A stretch of DNA of 64,000 nucleotides from Bacilli bacterium. GTDB taxonomy: Bacteria > Bacillota_I > Bacilli_A > RF39 > UBA660. The stretch is taken from assembly GCA_017484065.1 (NCBI GenBank), contig JAFUTX010000031.1:98581-162580 (forward strand), read 5' to 3'. Positions within the stretch are counted from its first letter, which is position 1. The number at the start of each line of letters is the position of its first letter. Of the stretch, positions 59,250 through 64,000 are shown one piece after another. Both the position numbers and the translations under genes were made by a program. The notes below the pieces were generated by a model, which saw only the letters and a program-made list of their open reading frames with translations, was not told where the DNA came from and ran no database searches.

Positions 59250-60419
59250 ATGTACCGTAAAACATATGCAACAATCGATGGTAATATTTTAAAAGAGAAT
59301 ATAAATAAAATAATTAATAAATATAATAGTTATCAATATTATATTGGAGTAGTTAAGAATAATGCTTATAATCACGGAATGTATGTAGTTAATGATTTAA
59401 TAGCAGGTGGTATCAATTATTTAGCAGTAGCAAATTTTGATGAGGCTTTGCATGTACGTAAATACAATATAGAAATACCAGTTCTTTTATTAGAACCAAT
59501 AGATATAGAATATATTTATGATTGTATAAATAATAATGTTACCATAACTATTGAAAGATTAGATTATTTAAAAAAATTGATTGAATTAGATTTAAGAGAT
59601 GATTTAAAAATACATCTAAAAATAGATAGCGGTATGAACAGATTAGGATTTAAAACTAAGGATGAGATTAATACATCTATCAAACTAATTAATGAAACAA
59701 ATCATTTAATCTTAGAGGGCATTTATACTGATTTTGCTACTAATGGTATTAATGATCCTTATTGGGATATTCAACTTTCTAATTTTAAAGAGTTAACTAG
59801 TGATATAAACTTAAAAAATATTCCTATTGTCCATTTAGGAAAAAGTGAAACTTTGATTCATCATGATAAAATAGGTTTTTGTAATGGAGTAAGACTTGGA
59901 TTAATTATGTATGGTATTGTTCCTTCTTATGATGAAGGTGGCTTTTTTAAGAAAACTAAAAGAAATATAAGAATAAAAAAATATGATATTAGTGATACTT
60001 ATTTAAATAGTGAAATAGATTTAAAAACTGCTTTTATATTAAAAAGTGAAGTAATGAGTATTAGGCATGCTAATGTTGATGAATTTGTCGGATTTGGCGC
60101 TCATATTAAAGTAGTAGATGATATGAATATCGCAACAATTCCTGTAGGTTATGCAGATGGTATAGATAAAAAATATAATGTTGTATCTATTAATAATGAA
60201 TTATGTGATATTCTATCTGATTCAATGGATATGTTAATGGTTAAAGTTAATGATAATGTTAAAGTTGGAGATGAAGTAGAAATATTTGGTAATAATATTA
60301 ATATAGATTCAGTAATGTCTACATTAGATATAGATGCCTATCATTTGTTTAATAATATCACTACTAGAGTACCGAGATTACATTTAAGAGATAAAGAAAA
60401 AGAAGAAGTCAAATATTAA
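59250..60419 (+). CDS. alr: alanine racemase
   Basis: PLP-Lys motif VVKNNAYNHG, 389 aa. Confidence 0.9.
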   Translation: MYRKTYATIDGNILKENINKIINKYNSYQYYIGVVKNNAYNHGMYVVNDLIAGGINYLAVANFDEALHVRKYNIEIPVLLLEPIDIEYIYDCINNNVTITIERLDYLKKLIELDLRDDLKIHLKIDSGMNRLGFKTKDEINTSIKLINETNHLILEGIYTDFATNGINDPYWDIQLSNFKELTSDINLKNIPIVHLGKSETLIHHDKIGFCNGVRLGLIMYGIVPSYDEGGFFKKTKRNIRIKKYDISDTYLNSEIDLKTAFILKSEVMSIRHANVDEFVGFGAHIKVVDDMNIATIPVGYADGIDKKYNVVSINNELCDILSDSMDMLMVKVNDNVKVGDEVEIFGNNINIDSVMSTLDIDAYHLFNNITTRVPRLHLRDKEKEEVKY

Positions 60420-60437
60420 ATAAACTTCTTCTTTTAT
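60401..60437. terminator. bidirectional terminator between alr and lexA
   Basis: AGAAGAAGT..ACTTCTTCT stem + T-tract. Confidence 0.65.
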
Positions 60438-60443
60438 ATTGAT

Positions 60444-61076
60444 TTAAAATTTACGATATAAGCCAATAGCTTTACCAAGTATTGTACATGTATCTAGTAT
60501 TATAGGAGCCATAGTATCATTTTCTGGTTGTAATCTAATGTGTCCATCTTCTTTATAAAATGTTTTTAGTGTAACTTCATTTTCAGTAGTCATTGCAACA
60601 ACCATATCACCATTACGAGCTACTCTAGATCTTTCTACTATTACATAATCTCCATCCAATATACCAGCATTAATCATACTCGTACCACTAACTTCTAATG
60701 TAAAAACTTCTTTTTTCTTAGGAACTAATGCAGCTGGTAGGTCAAAAAATTCATTTGGCCTTTCAATAGCTTCAATAGGTAATCCTGCAGTAACTTTACC
60801 AAGTAAAGGAACTTTAACAACGTTTTCATCTTTTTCTAAATATTCATTGTCAACAAGTATTTCAATTGTTCTAAATTTTGAATTAGCTTTTTTGATATAT
60901 CCAGCATCTTCTAATTTTTTTAAATGTGTATGTACTGTAGCAGGACTAGACAATCCTAATGCTGCGCATATTTCTCTGATAGCAGGAGGGTAGCCATGAG
61001 TAGCACTATATTTTTTTACGTAGTCTAATACCTCAGTTTGTTTAGCAGTTAGTTCTTTTTTTACAAAATTAACCAT
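60444..61076 (-). CDS. lexA: LexA repressor (ATG 61076 with AGGTGA RBS; ORF-track 61157 is an upstream extension)
   Basis: wHTH + S24 peptidase with Ala-Gly cleavage site context and Ser/Lys dyad (GTSM..K). Confidence 0.9.
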   Translation of the reverse strand: MVNFVKKELTAKQTEVLDYVKKYSATHGYPPAIREICAALGLSSPATVHTHLKKLEDAGYIKKANSKFRTIEILVDNEYLEKDENVVKVPLLGKVTAGLPIEAIERPNEFFDLPAALVPKKKEVFTLEVSGTSMINAGILDGDYVIVERSRVARNGDMVVAMTTENEVTLKTFYKEDGHIRLQPENDTMAPIILDTCTILGKAIGLYRKF

Positions 61077-61121
61077 TATTTCATCACCTATATGTATATT
61101 AACACAAAAAAATGTAAAGGT

Positions 61122-61135
61122 CAAACATTTGTTTG
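61122..61135. promoter_or_regulatory. Cheo-type LexA box 1 (CAAACATTTGTTTG)
   Basis: palindrome AAAC-N4-GTTT read directly between divergent lexA and small ORF. Confidence 0.5.
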
Positions 61136-61144
61136 AAAATGTTA

Positions 61145-61176
61145 TTGACACGAACAAATGTATTATGATAATATCA
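61145..61176 (+). promoter_or_regulatory. promoter TTGACA-17-ATAAT region overlapping LexA box 2 (CGAACAAATGTATT, 61151-61164)
   Basis: TTGACA 61145-61150; GAAC-N4-GTAT half-degenerate box inside spacer. Confidence 0.45.
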
Positions 61177-61197
61177 ATTTGAAAGAAGGTAAGTTTT

Positions 61198-61338
61198 ATG
61201 GAAAAAGTAATTAAAAAATATTTTGGAGTAGTATTATTCTACTTAACAATTATCGGCGGTATACTTCTACTAAATGAAAGATTTAGTTTAATTAATAGCC
61301 AAAATGTTAATAATGAAATCTCCATAATGCAGAAATAA
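61198..61338 (+). CDS. 46-aa single-TM protein divergent from lexA (candidate SOS-induced division inhibitor, SosA/YneA-like)
   Basis: RBS GAAGG 8 nt upstream; MEKVIKKYFGVVLFYLTIIGGILLLNERFSLINSQNVNNEISIMQK; not in ORF track. Confidence 0.35.
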   Translation: MEKVIKKYFGVVLFYLTIIGGILLLNERFSLINSQNVNNEISIMQK

Positions 61339-61418
61339 TGCATTTTTTTTATGCTTTATACCTTAATTCGACAAAATATTTAACATTCATCTGATATAGT
61401 AAAGATGGTGATAATAAT

Positions 61419-61835
61419 ATGAGAAATTTTTATATGTTTAATATTTCAGATGAAATAGCTATTTTAACAAAAAATAATCCTTATAATTTGTTTAAAGTAT
61501 TTGAGAATATCTATTATTTAGATAAAGATGAATATAATACTGCTATGGATGTATTAGAACAAATTACTTTACCTATGGAAAAAGAGGTAATCAAAGATAA
61601 TATATTAGCTAAATATAAAGATAACGACTTTTATAGTGTCGTTAATAATAAACATACTTTTAATAACTTGTATTTAGCTGAAGTTACTAACCTTTATGTT
61701 AAATCTACTTATCTTTTATTAAAATCTAGTGCTATAAGACCAGTATTCTTTAAAGAATTACAAGATATTAGTAATCTATTTATTTGTGATTTTGAAAACA
61801 AAGATTACTTTTGGTTAAAAGAACTGGCTATATAA
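61419..61835 (+). CDS. hypothetical protein (138 aa)
   Basis: ORF only. Confidence 0.3.
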   Translation: MRNFYMFNISDEIAILTKNNPYNLFKVFENIYYLDKDEYNTAMDVLEQITLPMEKEVIKDNILAKYKDNDFYSVVNNKHTFNNLYLAEVTNLYVKSTYLLLKSSAIRPVFFKELQDISNLFICDFENKDYFWLKELAI

Positions 61836-61836
61836 T

Positions 61837-62757
61837 TTAAACTAATTCATATTCTCTAGATATAATTCTTTCATCGCTAGAGTATTTAACTATGTACTTA
61901 TTATCTTTTCTTACTAGGATAATACCAATAGTTTTATCATGATTAATCTTTTTAACATTAGTATCTATATAATTCATATAAACTTGTATTTGTCCTAAAT
62001 GTTCTTTTTTTAATTCAGTTACTTTTAGTTCAATAACAACGTAACAATTATATTCAATATTAAATAGCAGTAGATCGATGTAATTAAAAGTATTACCTAT
62101 CTTTATTTTATATTCGTTACTAACATAGGTATAACCAGATCCAAGCTGAGATAAGAAATTATCTAAATCATCAAGTATTGTTTCTTTTAATACATATTCC
62201 TTAATATGTTCTTTATCTTTAATATTACTACTTTTTATAACTATGGGATTAGGTACTAAATCAGTAATAGTAGTATCTTCTTTATTAATTAATTTTAATT
62301 TGGTTTCATCATCTAATCTTTCATATTCTTTTAATTTAATTCTTTCGTGTAGTTGTCTTTTGGAAATATTTTTTATTGATATTTGTTTTATATAGTAATT
62401 TATCTTATTAATATCTTTTAATGGTAGTAAAAGTAAGCAATGACTCCATGTTAAATGTGGCGCCAGCGGTGCCACTTTCTCATTAGAAAAAACTAAATAA
62501 AACTTTCTTATTTTATACAAAGTACTTTTATCATATTTTCTACCAACCTCAGTAATTAGTTTTTCAGCATATTTTCCAATAATATTATTGCCATAATGTT
62601 TACCAGCTTCTGCTAACATTTTACCTACGTCATAATAAGTTTCTAATCTATGTCTTTCTTTAGACATATCTTTTATAGCACTATAAGCTATATCTTCAAG
62701 TAATCTTTCTTTTATTTCACTATAATAATTATCTTTTAATTTGCTTGTTTTATTCAT
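61837..62757 (-). CDS. DUF1016/YhcG-like PD-(D/E)XK nuclease family protein, tandem copy A
   Basis: 306 aa; C-terminal E..D..ELK nuclease core (IDLLLFN..VVIELK). Confidence 0.6.
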   Translation of the reverse strand: MNKTSKLKDNYYSEIKERLLEDIAYSAIKDMSKERHRLETYYDVGKMLAEAGKHYGNNIIGKYAEKLITEVGRKYDKSTLYKIRKFYLVFSNEKVAPLAPHLTWSHCLLLLPLKDINKINYYIKQISIKNISKRQLHERIKLKEYERLDDETKLKLINKEDTTITDLVPNPIVIKSSNIKDKEHIKEYVLKETILDDLDNFLSQLGSGYTYVSNEYKIKIGNTFNYIDLLLFNIEYNCYVVIELKVTELKKEHLGQIQVYMNYIDTNVKKINHDKTIGIILVRKDNKYIVKYSSDERIISREYELV

Positions 62758-62808
62758 TGTGTTATCCTCTTTTCTAATATTTAGTAAATCAACTTAACCC
62801 CTTTATTT

Positions 62809-63726
62809 TTAAATTAATTCATATTCACGAGATATAATTCTTTCATCGCTAGAGTATTTAACTATGTACTTATTATCTTTTCTAACAAGGATTATACCTA
62901 TAGTTTTATTATGATTAATCTTTTTAACTTTAGTATCTATATAATTCATATAGACTTGTATTTGTCCTAAATGTTCTTTCTTTAATTCACTAACCTTAAG
63001 TTCAATAACTACATAACAATCGTATTCAATATTAAATAGCAGTAAATCTATGTAATTAAAAGTATTACCTAGCTTTATTTTATATTCACTTTTTATAAAG
63101 GTGTATCCCGCACCTAATTGTTCTAAAAAATCTTCAATATTATCTACTATTAATTTTTGTAATGCCTTTTCCTTTATTGTTGCCAATGAATTAGTATTTT
63201 TTATAATAATAGGATTGGGTACTAAATCAGTAATAGTAGTATCTTCTTTATTAATTAACTTTAATTTAGTATCATCATCTAACCTTTCATATTCTTTTAG
63301 TTTGATTCTATCTCTTAACTGTCTTACTGATAAATTTTGCTTATTAACTAAATTAATATAATAATTAATAGCTGATATATCTTTTAGAATTAATAATTCT
63401 GAATAGTGGCTCCAAGATAATCTGGTCGACAATGTCGACCATTTTTGATGAGTACTAAATAATAAATAAAACTGCCGATATCTTCTTAATGTACGCTCAT
63501 TATATTTTTTATCAATCTCATTCATAAGTTTGATAGAATAGTTTTTAATAATACCTTCTCCGTAACGTTTGCCAGCATTAGCTAACATCTGACCTACATT
63601 ATAATAAGTTTCTAAATCGCTTTTGTTTTTGCTGTAATCTTTAACTTTATTAGTTATTTCATTATTTAATAATTGATTTTTTATTTCATTATAATAATCA
63701 TCTTTTAAGTTTTTTGCTTTATTCAT
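62809..63726 (-). CDS. DUF1016/YhcG-like nuclease family protein, tandem copy B
   Basis: 305 aa; C-terminal 120 aa nearly identical to copy A. Confidence 0.6.
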   Translation of the reverse strand: MNKAKNLKDDYYNEIKNQLLNNEITNKVKDYSKNKSDLETYYNVGQMLANAGKRYGEGIIKNYSIKLMNEIDKKYNERTLRRYRQFYLLFSTHQKWSTLSTRLSWSHYSELLILKDISAINYYINLVNKQNLSVRQLRDRIKLKEYERLDDDTKLKLINKEDTTITDLVPNPIIIKNTNSLATIKEKALQKLIVDNIEDFLEQLGAGYTFIKSEYKIKLGNTFNYIDLLLFNIEYDCYVVIELKVSELKKEHLGQIQVYMNYIDTKVKKINHNKTIGIILVRKDNKYIVKYSSDERIISREYELI

Positions 63727-63777
63727 TTTGTTATCCTCTTTTCTATAGTTTAGTAAATCAACTTAACCCCTTTATTT

Positions 63778-64000
63778 TTAACTTAATTCATATTCTCTAG
63801 ATATAATACGTTCATTGCTAGAGTATTTAACTATGTACTTATTATCTTTTCTTACTAGGATTATACCAATAGTTTTATTATGATTAATCTTTTTAACATT
63901 ATTATCTATATAATTCATATAGACTTGTATTTGCCCTAAATGTTCTTTTTTTAATTCAGTTACTTTTAGTTCAATAACAACGTAACAATTATATTCAATA
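63778..64000 (-). CDS. DUF1016/YhcG-like nuclease family protein, tandem copy C (3-prime part only; runs off window)
   Basis: nucleotide near-identity to the 3-prime ends of copies A and B. Confidence 0.5.
   Translation of the reverse strand, partial: IEYNCYVVIELKVTELKKEHLGQIQVYMNYIDNNVKKINHNKTIGIILVRKDNKYIVKYSSNERIISREYELS

Larger units (their letters stand above)
61837..64000. repeat. tandem direct repeat, unit about 970 bp (gene + 50-bp spacer), at least 3 copies
   Basis: near-identical segments starting 61843, 62813, 63783 and conserved spacers 62758-62808 / 63727-63777. Confidence 0.8.

Noticed and set aside
60444-61157. ORF-track LexA start at 61157 (237 aa)
   Set aside because: N-terminal 27 codons lack RBS and would place LexA boxes inside the CDS; ATG 61076 with AGGTGA RBS gives canonical 210-aa LexA.
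63101-63361. 86-aa plus-strand ORF
   Set aside because: Antisense to DUF1016 copy B; repeated-sequence artefact.

Overview
This is a 64-kb chromosomal window from a very AT-rich (about 25% GC), Gram-positive Firmicutes-type genome. Evidence for that: LAGC/LTGC lipoboxes, class B sortase, tagA/tagGH, Cheo-type LexA boxes and Fur-family 7-1-7 operator.

Housekeeping genes are dgkA-era-(yqzL-like micro-ORF)-recO, engB, der, mtnN, dut, miaA, rpsT, alr and lexA. There are five tRNA genes: a solo Asn and a Ser-fMet-Asp-Phe cluster. A Fur-family regulator gene is followed by a znuABC-type metal uptake operon, a COG0701/TIGR03943 permease pair and srtB.

Accessory content is concentrated in four places.
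1. 8.4-21.0 kb: a membrane-anchored protein and a 1290-aa Cys-rich secreted giant lie immediately upstream of a Tad/Flp-like locus. The locus encodes CpaB-like, CpaF/TadA ATPase, TadB, TadC, two prepilins with a noncanonical MKEATGELN leader, two TadE-like pseudopilins and a TadZ-like protein with a degenerate P-loop. It is followed by three paralogous small 2-TM proteins with Cys-rich tails.
2. 21.1-39.7 kb: a surface glycopolymer island with tagA, a GT1, tagGH, several GT2s, and a GtrA/GtrB/GT-C three-component glycosylation module with duplicated parts.
3. 61.1-61.4 kb: a small SOS-box-controlled membrane-protein gene divergent from lexA, a candidate division inhibitor.
4. 61.8 to >64.0 kb: a tandem array of at least three DUF1016/YhcG-like PD-(D/E)XK nuclease paralogs with near-identical 3-prime halves.

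Other points: two orphan type-IVa-like prepilin genes lie between engB and der, a dinD gene carries an in-frame TAA, and there is an Rpn-family nuclease/transposase-like gene. No CRISPR array, integrase or obvious IS element is present.
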